Shown piece after piece: positions 13,439 to 24,095 of a DNA stretch of 64,000 nucleotides. This DNA comes from Mobula hypostoma. Its lineage: Eukaryota. The position numbers and the translations under genes are program-made. The notes beneath the pieces were generated by a model. That model was not told the DNA's origin. It worked only from the letters and a program-made list of their open reading frames with translations, and ran no database searches. The stretch covers positions 2,914,001 to 2,978,000 of the forward strand of contig NC_086097.1 in assembly GCF_963921235.1 (NCBI RefSeq), read 5' to 3'. The first letter of the stretch is position 1, and every line of letters starts with the position of its first letter.

Positions 13439-13717
13439 CTCATCACAAACAAGAGAAAATCTGCAGATGCTGGAAGTTCAAGCAACACACACAAAATGCT
13501 GGAGGAACTCAGCAGGCCAGACAGCATCTATGGAAAAGAGTACAGTCAATGTTTCGGGCTGAGACCCTTCAGCAGGACTGGAGAAAACCTAGCTCTGACT
13601 CCTCATCTTATTTTCTCCAAACCTGACAAAGTGTCTCGGCCTGAAACCTTGAATGTACTTTTCCCATAGAAGCTGCCTGGTCTGCCAAGCGCCTCCAGCA
13701 TTTTGCGTGTGTTGCCA
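13439..13717. mobile_element. Penelope-like element terminal hairpin inserted in a V-SINE
   Basis: ctgcagatgctgg...gagacccttc followed by an inverted copy; TGATTAGT duplicated at 13431-13438 and 13718-13725. Confidence 0.7.
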
Positions 13718-14174
13718 TGATTAGTGTAGTGTGGGTTGCTGGGTTGGACTGGATGGGCCTGTTCTGTGCTGTATCTCTAAATAAATAAATAGCAAAACAA
13801 ACAAACAGATGAATAAATATAAGAACATTTTATAAATTATACCGTTAGAAATTTGAAATTATTTAAAGATTTTCATAATAGTAGATTAAGGAATCCTTGG
13901 GGAGTTATTTCAGTATGTGCTAATTATGTCATTGTAGAGGGCATCAAAATAAACACCTGCAAAATTTCATGAGAGTCACAAGCAAAAGCTACTATTCTTC
14001 AATGTGTCTTTCAAGTTTTGATACTGAATAAAAATAAGATGTAAAACTCTTTGGAGTTTAATCCCCCTTTGCCAAAGCTATGAGGTGCAATTATACCATA
14101 CTGTTTCAGTTCCTTTGAATCTTTATTCTGATTAAATGAACCCTTCTACATTTTAAATCTGTTCTCTTTTGAAG

Positions 14175-14263
14175 ATGTGCATAGATCCATCCATTTCTGT
14201 GGCAGTAGGTGAGAAACCACCCCCATTATACTTGTGCGAAGAGTGTAGCCAAAGGATTGCTGG
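14175..14263 (+). CDS. UNC79: UNC79 coding exon
   Basis: tttgaag|ATGTGC...GCTGG|gtgagt; MCIDPSISVAVGEKPPPLYLCEECSQRIA(G); 89 bp, ends phase 2. Confidence 0.95.
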
Positions 14264-16451
14264 GTGAGTTAATAAAGCAAATATCAACATAATAATGTAG
14301 TACAATGGTTAAAAATATCCAGGGGAGGAGATACCGGAGGCGGTGTGGGCGAGAGCTGGAGTCCATGCTGGGTTGGGGCTGCCTTCCAGAATTTGCTTGC
14401 TGGAACACGAGTTGGTTTGCGTTCATCAGCAGCTGTACTAGCACGTGATGATGACTGCTGTGTGGTGGTCCTTGCAGAAACGTGTCTCCAGGACAACATT
14501 GCATGCACCATCAATCTTCAGGCTACGATACTCAGGAAGCTGGACTATATATTTAATTGTGACTGTTTTTTGCTGTCGTGACTATATATGTGCTGACAGT
14601 GACTGTTGATGCAGTTTTGCACCTTGGCCCCTGGAAAATGTTTTGTTTGGCTGTATTAATATGTACGGGTGAATGACAATTAAACTTGAACTTGAAATGT
14701 GTTGGAGCTGCATGACATCACAGTACTTTGTAACAAAGCAATTCTGGCATTCATCATTTTATAAAGTGGAGATGACCCAAGATTAATCGAGATAACAAAT
14801 ACAAATCAGCAAAAGAGATATATCAGCACACACAAAAGGCAGGAGGGACTCAGCAGGCCAGGCAGCATCTGTGGAAACGAATAAACAGTTGATGTTTTGG
14901 GCCGAGCACCTTTATCAGAACACCTTTATTACTTCAGTTTGTGAAAAGAGATATAGCTGTCATTTGGATAAGTTTTAGACCATAAGATTTAGGAGCAGAA
15001 ATAGGCCATTTGGCCCATCGAGTCTGCTCCACCATTCAATCATGGGCTGATCCACTTCATCCAGTCATCCCCACTCCCCTGCTTTCACCCCATACCCTAT
15101 GATACCCTGGCTAATCAAGAACCTATTTACCTCTGCCTTAAATATACCCAATGACTTGGCCTCCACAGCCGCTCGTGGCAACAAATGCTACCCTCTGACT
15201 AAAGTAATTTCTCCGCATCTCTGTTCTAACAGGACGTCCTTCAATCCCGAAGTTGTGCCCTCTTGTCCTAGAAACTCCTACCATGGGAAATAACTCTGCC
15301 ATATCTAATCTGTTCAGGCCTTTTAACATTTGGAATATTTCTATGAGATCCCCCTCATTCTCCTGAACTCCAGGGAATACAGCCCAAGAGCTGCCAGACG
15401 TTCCTCATATGGTAACCCTTTCATTCCTGGAATCATTCTTGTGAGCCTTCTCTGAACCGTTTCCAATGTCAGTATGTCCTTTCTAAAATAAGGAGCCCAA
15501 AACTACACACAATAGGCCAAGTGTAGTCTCATGAGTGCCTTATAGAGCCTCAACATCACATCCCTGCTCTTATATTCTATACCTCTAGAGATGAATGCCG
15601 ACATTACATTCGCCTTCTTCACAACCGACTCAATCTGCGGGTTAACCTTTAGGATATCTTGCACAAGGACACGCAAGTCCCCTTGCATCTCTGCATTTTG
15701 AATTCTCTCCCCATCTAAATAATAGTCTGCTCGTTTACTTCTTCCACCAAAGTGCATGACCATACACTTTCCAACATCGTACTTCATTTGCCACTTCTTT
15801 GCCCATTCTCCAAAACTGTCTAAGTCTCTCTGCAGGCTCTCTGTTTCCTCAACACTACCCGCTCCTCCACATATCTTTGTATCATCGGCAAATTTAGCCG
15901 CAAATCCCTTAATACCGCTGTCCAAATCATTGACATACATTGTAAAAAGCAGTGGTCCCAACACCGACCCCTGTGGAACTCCACTGGTAACCGGCAGCCA
16001 GCCAGAATAGGATCCCTTTATTCCCACTCTCTGTTTTCTGCCAATCAGCCAATGCCACACCCATGCTAGTAACTTCCCTGTAATTCCATGGGCTCTTAAC
16101 TTGTTAAGCAGCCTCATGTGTGACACCTTGTCAAAGGCCTTTTGAAAATCCAAGTACAGCACATCTACTGCGTCTCCTTTGTCTACCCTGCTTGTAATTT
16201 CCTCAAAGAATTGCAGTAGGTTAGTCAGGCAGGATCTTCCTCTCAGGAAACCATGTTGGCTTTGGCCGATGTTGTCATGTGTCTCCAGGTACACCGTAAT
16301 CTCATCCCTAACAATCGATTCCAACAACTTCGCAACCACTGATGTCAGGCTAACAGGTCTATAGTTTCCTTTTTGCTGCCTCCCACCCTTCTTAAATAGT
16401 GGAGTAACATTTGCAATTTTCCAGTCATCCGGTACAATGCCAGAATCTATC

Positions 16452-16620
16452 TGTACTGTATAGCTACTGTATAATACTGCATGTGCTATTAGGCATGTAT
16501 TGATCTGTACGTGTATGTTCAGAGTTTGGTTTCAGTCAGTAAAGAACCCTGTTAACTTAGCTCCTGTCTCCAGCATTTTTATTTATAGGTTTGTTGTGTA
16601 ACCCGGCCACATACACAATA
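16452..16620 (+). repeat. 5' LTR
   Basis: About 90% identical by eye (~17 mismatches) to 19666-19887 apart from a ~53-bp indel. Confidence 0.9.
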
Positions 16621-16986
16621 AATTGACAACAAGGTTAATGAACCTACATCATATTGGAACGCCGTGTTTTAATTGATAACGACACCTGGAAGGAGAGCGC
16701 AAGGTATGAGCCAAGGCAGAGCGAGGCCGTGAGTCCGAAAGGAAACAGAAGCACAGCTGCAGGTCGGGAACATTGGGAGACCAAGAGAACAGTCGGAGCA
16801 GCAGCATATCCAGCCGAGACCACAGCCGGCGCTGACCCCAGGGGCTGAGGGTCTGCCTGCCCCAGAAGGGAGATAAAAAGAAGCAACACACACATCTAGA
16901 CGGAGTGCGCTCATGGCGCTAGCAAAAAGGACACATGAGTCAAAAAGAAAACAAGGGGAATATGGGGCTAAACTAACATAACAAAG

Positions 16987-17975
16987 ATGGCGTTGATTGG
17001 AACCATTACAGATTTGATAGTGGCACTGAAGACTGGGCAATTTACATTGAAAGAGTGGAGTTATATTGTGAGGATAATGGTGTTAATGATGAAAAGAAAG
17101 CCAGCGTCTTACTCAGTATTATGGGAGCAAAAACTTATGGGCTGCTTCGGAGTTAACCCCTGAAAAGCCAGCTGACAAAACGTTCAAGCAAATAGTAGAC
17201 ACTCTCCAACAGCGTTTAAACCCCAAACAACTGGCCATTGCTGAAAGATTTAAATTTCACAAACGGAATCAGAGCAAAAACGGAAGCATTTCTGAATATT
17301 GTGCTGAATTGAGCAAATTATCAGAACATTGTCAATTTGGAGCTGGTCTATCGCACGCATTGAGGGACAGGTTAGTGTGTGGCATGCACTGTGAAGCCAC
17401 ACAGAAGAAGCTCCTGGGTGAAAAAGACCTTACATTAGAGAAGACGCTGAACATTGCAATATCAATGGAAACAGCAGCATGGGGTGCTTCAGAGATACAA
17501 CAAAAATCTCTGGAATATGCTACAAATAAAATGTCACTGAGCAGAAACAAAGGAAGGAAATGTTACTGTTGTGGGAATGTGTCACATGACCCTGAGGACT
17601 GTTGGTTTAAAGACAAAGAATGCAGAAACTGTGGCAAACAGGGCCACACTGGCAGAGTATGCAAAGCTAGTAAACAGCAGAAAAAGGACAAAATACAGAG
17701 AAACAAGAAACCCCAGAAAGGAAAACACAACAATGAAAGAAGGCTAAAACGAACTAAACTACTGCTAAAGCCTTACACAGGACAGAAAGTGCATCCCAAA
17801 GGTAAAATTAAAGTGACAGTGACCCACGGAGGTAAAACACAGCAACTGACCCTCTATGTACTGAAAAAGGGAGGACCACCATTACTGGGACGTGAATGGA
17901 TCAGGAAAATCCAGTTGGATTGGCACACCATCAAGACACTAGATGTGTTAACAAAGGAGGGCAGCTTGGCGGAGA
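16987..17975 (+). pseudogene. Gypsy gag plus partial aspartic protease (frameshifted 5' part)
   Basis: ATG 16987 MALIGTI.., [37 protein letters not shown] knuckles [14 protein letters not shown] and [14 protein letters not shown], protease C-half PLLGREW lacking the DTG site. Confidence 0.88.
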
Positions 17976-17977
17976 AG

Positions 17978-18647
17978 ATGTCCGCAGCTCTCCTCTCACC
18001 CATTGTCGACTATTACAACAACGAGGAGTTAGACAGCGTCGATGATGAGGACGAACGCAGTATCCGTGGCTGCGACTCGGATGAAGATACAGAGGATGCA
18101 AGGGAGACAAATACTGCCAATAAGCAGGATGATGAAGACTACCTGGAAGTAAAAGAGCAGATGTACCAGGAAAAATTGACATCTCCCAAAAGACAGCTAC
18201 AGCAGATACAGGAAGGCACTTTGCAGGAGTATCAGAAAAGGATGAAGAAACTAGGTCAACAATACAAGGAAAGAATACGAAATGCAGAGCTTTTTCTGCA
18301 ACTGGAGCCAGAATAACTTGAAAGGAATTATATTAAAGAGAAAAAAGCAGCAGTGAAGGAATTTGAAGATAAAAAGATTGAGTTAGAAGGGAAAAAAGAG
18401 GATTGAGTATGAGAGGCTAACAATGGAACTCACAGGAGATTCTATGGAGGTAAAGCCAATAATGACTAAGAAACTAAGGAGGAGACCTAATGACCCTGTT
18501 CCAATTACAGACAAAAGACAAAAACCTGCACCTGCGCAGTTAAATTACTTGTTGACAGATGAACAGATAGTGGAAGACCTGTGAACTCTCAATAACCTTA
18601 AATCTCCGAAAAGACCTGCATCTCCATCTTCTCCTGAACAATTTCCT
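17978..18647 (+). pseudogene. SUDS3: Processed SUDS3 (Sin3/HDAC complex subunit SDS3) retrocopy fragment, in frame with gag
   Basis: [58 protein letters not shown], then after TAA 18314-18316 ERNYIKEKKAAVKEFEDKK, and after a deletion/frameshift [57 protein letters not shown]; no introns; C-terminal part missing. Confidence 0.92.
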
Positions 18648-19440
18648 TGGGAAAGATCCATGAAAATTGGTCATCCCTTAAAAGCTCTCGGACAAAATCA
18701 ATTCCATTCAAACAGAACAGTTTTCGCACAAGGTAAATCTTGAACCAATCATTTCCTCCATTGAGAATCATTCACTTAATCCTTTGCACTGAAGTTTCTT
18801 TTGCACGTACATATTTTGAATCCTCAGTCAATGTGTCTTGTTTTGCACAAAGAAGTTGGGAATCAGCATCAAAACAGAGGTGAATTCTGGCAACAAACTG
18901 TGAGGTTTCTATTGTTGTATTTTCACACTTGTGCTGAGTGTGCGTCTGAAGGAATTCCCCGTCTTGAGTCAGGTCCGCACTCTCTTCTTGCACTGTGCAC
19001 AACTGGGAGTTTTCATACATAGAATCCTCCAGACAATTCAGAAACAGTGCATAGAGTTCAGTCTCATTTCCTTGACCAAGATTTGTTTTTTGAACTTTAG
19101 ACAGATAGCACTGCAGGTAATCCTTAATATCAGCAAAACTGTACTTTAACAGCAGCTTAAGAACAATGGAATGAGCAACAGGATTTTGATCAACTGCTTC
19201 TTCAAGTAATGAATGATTACTGGTAAAGTGCTGATCTTTCTGTGAGTCATTGGATTACCCGGACTTTTGAATAACTAGCAGAGACAGCAGATCACCAACC
19301 ACTTCTTTTGGAAACCAAAGCTACGGAAAATGCATCACACCTCTTGCGAAATATAACTAATTTTGCTACAGCTTCACTTATTTCTTCTGTTACTGCTGGT
19401 ACATAATCATCATCTAGAGAAATATGACACAGTGGGCAGA
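18631..19440 (-). pseudogene. RNF213: Processed RNF213 (mysterin) fragment, end of RING through following E3 region, antisense to the element
   Basis: Minus strand reads CPLCHISLDDDYVPAVTEEISEAV..FRKRCDAF..KEVVGDLLSLL..SIVLKLLLKYSFADIKDYLQ..TELYALFLNCLEDS..VARIHLCFD..NDWFKIYLVRKL..WIFPKEIV, matching RNF213 (human VILKLLLKYSFHDVKDYIQ, TELYMLFINCLEDS, NDWHRVYLVRKL, WVFPKDVV); two stops and one deletion. Confidence 0.88.
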
Positions 19441-19665
19441 GTCCCCCCCAGAGACTTGAGTTATAAATGGGTCTTAGACCAAAAGTGGAAAAAAAAGGCT
19501 TGTTATAATTTGATATTATTACGTTACTTTGTTATAATTTGATATTGTTAAGTTACTAAGTAAACAATTTGTAGGCATTTGTATGTTAAGGGTAAACATA
19601 CTTGTTTAGCGTAGTGCCCCAGTAAAAAAAAAGGTTGATACACTATTAAAATAAAAGGGGAGGAG

Positions 19666-19887
19666 TGTACTGTTCAGCTACTATATAATATGGGACTACT
19701 TTATGTTGTAGGGACATGTTGCATGCGCTATTATGCATGTACTGAGCATGCGCTATTAGGTGCGTATTGATCTGTAGGAGTGTGTTCAGAGTTCGGTTTC
19801 AGTCAGTAAAGAGCCCTGTTAACCTAGCTCCCGTCTCCAGCGTTTTTATTTATAGCTTTGTTGTGTAACCCGGCCACATACACAACA
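19666..19887 (+). repeat. 3' LTR (followed by PBS-like motif and a duplicated LTR tip to 19915)
   Basis: Follows the PPT; TGTACTG...CACAACA. Confidence 0.9.
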
Positions 19888-21110
19888 AATTGGTGACAAG
19901 GTCACATACACAACACTATCGATTCGTGAAAGATCACCGTTGACGCCTCCGCAATCTCTTCAGCTACTTCCTTCAGAACCCGAGGGTAAATTCCATCAGG
20001 TCCAGCAGATTTATCCAACCTCAGACCATTAAGCTTCCTGAGCAGCTTCTCAGTCGTAATTTTCACTGCACAAACCTCACTCCCCTGACACTCTTGAATG
20101 TCCGGTATACTGCAGACGTCTTTCACTGTGAAGACTGATGCAAAATACGCATTCAGTTCCACTGCCATCTCTGTACCTTTCGTTACAATATCTCCAGCGT
20201 CATTTAGTATTGGTCCTATATCTACCCTCGACTCTCTTTTACCCTTTATATATCTAAAAAAGCTTTTAGTATCTTCTTTAATATTAGTCGCCAGCTTCCT
20301 CTCATAATTCATCTTTTCCTTCCGAATATCCTTCTTAGTTTCCTTCTGCAAGTTTTTAGAAGCTCCCCAATCCTCTATCTTCCCATTCCCTCAGGGGTGG
20401 AAATTTTTGAAACATTTATGGAAATGTTTCCGACTACCACATAGTTCCTATGGGAGGACCACAATCTTGCCGTAGGGGTCGGAGGTTTGTATGCCTGAAT
20501 GACCCATTGAGCTCTGTTGGCTGGAGTTGGGGCTTTATGCTTTGGTTCTTGGTCGGGTCACCCATGCCGAACAGATCAAAGGTAAAGGCCAGACTAAGAA
20601 TGGTCCTCTTTGTTTGGGAGTTCTGCTCAGGGCAAACAACCGTGATTGGTCAAAAAAGTTGTCATGGAAACAGCAATGAAAAATCCTTATATATCTGTGT
20701 GCGATCAAGGACAGACAGAGATGGAGGACCTTCATTGCTGCCCTAAACACCAGTGAGAAAGCCACATAGTTACTCTTAGGGGAAAAATAATTTATTGGCT
20801 GTAAAGAAAATGAAATTCTGATCAATCAACCCTTTGTCAGTGAGGTACTCAAGTAAATGTACTTTTCAATTGAGATGAATGGCTTCAACACTGTGAACTC
20901 ACCCATGAGAAAGGGTCTTGGCCTGAAACATTGACTGCTTATTCATTTCCATAGATGCTGCCTGATCTTCTAAGTTCCCGCAGTGTTTTGTGTGTGCTGC
21001 TCTGGATTTTCAATATCTGCAGAATCTCTTGTCATTGTCAACCCACCCTCTCTGTTTTTGGATATTGAAAGTTAGTTGCTTTTACTTGAACCTCTGTTGT
21101 TCTTTCTCAG

Positions 21111-21151
21111 GGTCCAAGCTGAATGGTTAATTGATGTCTTGCTTCCACAAG
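21111..21151 (+). CDS. UNC79: UNC79 coding exon (41 bp)
   Basis: ttctcag|GGTCCAA...CAAG|gtgagt; (G)VQAEWLIDVLLPQ(A); phase 2 to 1. Confidence 0.93.
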
Positions 21152-22187
21152 GTGAGTTCTGAATTGGGAGTACTTTAGTAAGGTGCAGTCTATTCACATC
21201 ATTTTTGTTCAAGCAATTTTTTGAAGGCCTCGATCAGCCAGAGCTGACCTTGGATATTGCGTCCCAGCTGTCCACATATGCCAGCCAGGGCAGTATGATA
21301 TGGGGAACAAGCATGTAGCAAGCTCCCCCTCTCCGTGCATTTGATGAACCCAAAGGAATGGCAGAGACTGATACAGTTTGGTACCAGCAGCATCGCAAAA
21401 ATTGCCAGTCAACATTGAACTCAACGTAGGACACCCTTAGGAGCTCCAGCTCCGGATTTTTCCCTCTGGGTTTACTCCTGAATCCTTCCAAATAGTGGGT
21501 ATAGCCGCAAGGTAGTGGCGTTTGAGATCAGAATTTTCCTTCCCCTAGATGAGCTGACAGACACGGTTAATGAGCCCCATCTGCACGAAGTGACTGGTTT
21601 TAAGGTGCTAGAAACCTGCCTTTGCCTCTCCTCCTGTCAGTAGTAATGGATCTGCCAGGCTGAGTAGCTAAGCCACACTTGAAGGCCAGGAGCTGGACTT
21701 GCTTGTCAGAGGCTATTTGAGGTGCACGCCTTTGGGAGCATTTAATAGGTAGTGGGAGCTTGTCCCCATTACCACCCCTGGCTACAACAACCCTAAGGAA
21801 CCATGTACAGACAGGAATGTTTCAGTAATCCTGAAATGTTTATTTTTAAAAGGAAGCGCTAGGCTTCACTAATCTTTTGTCAGTGAGCAGTTTATTAGTT
21901 AAGGCAGGGAGGAGCTCCCTCCAGAGCAGGGGTTTCCAAATTTTTTTATGTCATGGCCTCTGCCATTAACTGAGGGGTCTGTGGACCCCAAATTGGGAAC
22001 CCTTGATTGAGAGGAAATAAGTTGAATGGATGGTAGGGAGTAAACAATTCCGGGGAAGGCTACAGGGTGTGAGGAAGATGTTAATGTTTTCTCTTGTTAC
22101 TTAGAGATACAGCACGGTAACAAACCCTTCTGGTCCACAGGTCTGTGCTACCTAGTTGCATATATATGACCAATTAGTCTACTAATC

Positions 22188-22775
22188 CATAAGACCTAGG
22201 AGCAAAATTTGGTCATTTGGCCCATCGAGTCTGCTCCGCCATTCCATCATGACTGATATATTATCCCCCTCAACCACATTCTCCTGCCTTCTCCCCAAAA
22301 CCCTGCTCCCTGATTAATCAAGAACCCATGAACCTCCACCTCAAAAACACCCAATGACTTGGCCTCCACAGCCACCTGTGGCAAAGAATTCCACAGATTC
22401 ACCACTCTGGCTAAGGAAATTTCTTCTCATCTCTAAATGGACGTCCCTGTATACTGAGGCTGTGTCCTCTGATCCCAGACTCACACACCACAGGAAACAT
22501 CCCATCCTCCCCACATCCACTCTATCTAGAGCTTTAAATATTCAATAGGTTTCTGTGAGAACCCCCCCTCCCCCTACCAACTCACTCTTCTAAACTCCAG
22601 TGAGTACCGGCCTTGAGCCGTCAGATGTTCCTCATATGTTAACCCTTTTATTCCTGGGATCGTTCTTGTGAACCTCCTCTGTGTCCTCTCCAATGCCAGC
22701 ACATCTTTTTTTAGATAAGGGGCACAAAATTGCACACAATACTCTAAGTGCAGTCTGACCAATGCCTTATAACAC
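22188..22775 (-). mobile_element. CR1 LINE 3' fragment
   Basis: VRLHLEYCVQF, QRRFTRTIPG, YSLEFRR. Confidence 0.85.
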
Positions 22776-23814
22776 CTTAAAACCCATTAAATTTTGAAAA
22801 GTGGTAGGAAACTGGAGAACTGGAGCACCTGGAGGAAACCTCATGTGGTCATGGGGAGAGTGTAAAAACTCCTCACAGACAGCGATGGGATTTGAACCTA
22901 GATTGCTGATGCTGTAGTGTTCTGCTAGCCACTAAGCTACCATGCCCCTCTTTCATAAAAACTTTTCATGTAATTATTTTGAGTGTTCTGTAACAACCCC
23001 TTTAGTATCTTGTCTATGTTGTCTATAGTAAATAGAATGCCTAAGCATTCTCCAATTGATGGTGAGTTAAAATATGTACATTCATTGAGATCCTATGACA
23101 CTATAAGCCCCACTATATGATAATGGCAGGGTGGTGTGTTCTCTGTTATTTCCCTCACAATACAACCCCTGCTGGTAAAGAATGTACGTATTTTTCAGCC
23201 TTCATTGTATTTCACTTATTTAGTATCGGTCCTTCTGGCCCAACAGCTGCACCACCCAGCACCCACCTATCTGATCCAGATCACAGGACAATATACAATG
23301 ACCAATTAACCTACGAACCTGGTACATCTTTGGACCGTGGGAGGAAACCAGAGGTCCTGGAGGAATTCCACACGTTCATGGGAAGAACGTACAAACTTGC
23401 AGGCAGAACATGCAGGAAATGGGCAAGGTAACCATCAGTCCATAAGAACATAAGAAATAGGAGTAGGAGTAGGCCACCCGGCCCATCGAGCCTATTCTGC
23501 CATTCAATAAGATCATGCTGATCTGACCATGGACTCATCTCCACCTACCTGCCTTTTCCCCATAACCCTTAATTCCCCTACTAGGCAAAACCTATCCAAC
23601 CTTGTCTTAAATATATTTACTGAGGTAGCCTCCACTGTTCCACTGGGCAGGGAATTCCACAGATTCACCAGTCTGGGAAAAGCAGTTCCTCTTCATCTCT
23701 TTCCTAAATGTACTTCCCTGAATCTTGAGTCTATGTCCTCTAGTTCTAGTCCTACCTACTAGTGGAAGCAACTTTCCTGCCTCAATCTTATCTATCCCTT
23801 TCGTAATTTTATAT

Positions 23815-24095
23815 TCCCCTCCCTATCAGATCTGCCTCCTTCATCGACTCTTTTAAATCCAGGCTCAAATCTTACTTTCTTTCACTAGCGTTTGAATCCT
23901 CCTGATGTGGCTGATTTTTGGCTTGTCCCTAGGCTCTTGTGTTGTTTCTTTTGTGCATATAAGTTGTTTGCCTTGTTGGTTATGTCTGTGTTTCTTGTAT
24001 TTGTAATTTTAGCTATTCTGCTCTGATCTGTACAGCACTTTGGTCAACGTAGGTTGTTTTTAAATGTGCCATGTAAATTTGACTTGACTTGACTT
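23815..24095 (+). mobile_element. L2-type LINE/SINE 3' end
   Basis: tttaaatccaggctcaaatcttacttt, tacagcactttggtcaac stem-loop region and (ttgac)n tail. Confidence 0.55.

Larger units (their letters stand above)
16452..19915 (+). mobile_element. Non-autonomous Gypsy (Mag-like) LTR retrotransposon carrying captured host cDNAs
   Basis: Two LTRs starting TGTAC (16452-16620, ending ...CAATA; 19666-19887, ending ...CAACA), PBS-like aattgacaacaagg, polypurine tract aaaaggggaggag ending 19665, 5-bp TSD CTATC (16447-16451 and 19916-19920), gag with two CCHC knuckles, no RT/RNaseH/IN core. Confidence 0.92.
14975..20385 (-). mobile_element. CR1 LINE (5'-truncated) interrupted by a Gypsy insertion
   Basis: ORFs 15503-16339 (LDFQKAFDKV, SGVPQGSVLGP, KFADDTK) and 19902-20351 are colinear CR1 ORF2 parts on either side of the LTR element. 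Confidence 0.9.

Noticed and set aside
13545..13655. Active hammerheads in the 13.5-kb Penelope hairpin (also ~20905, 57064, 57306)
   Set aside because: Catalytic boxes or cleavage triplet are mutated (e.g. CTGCTGA, CTGACAA)
17978..18647. Functional SUDS3 gene
   Set aside because: Intronless, two stops, a deletion/frameshift, C-terminally truncated and embedded in an LTR element
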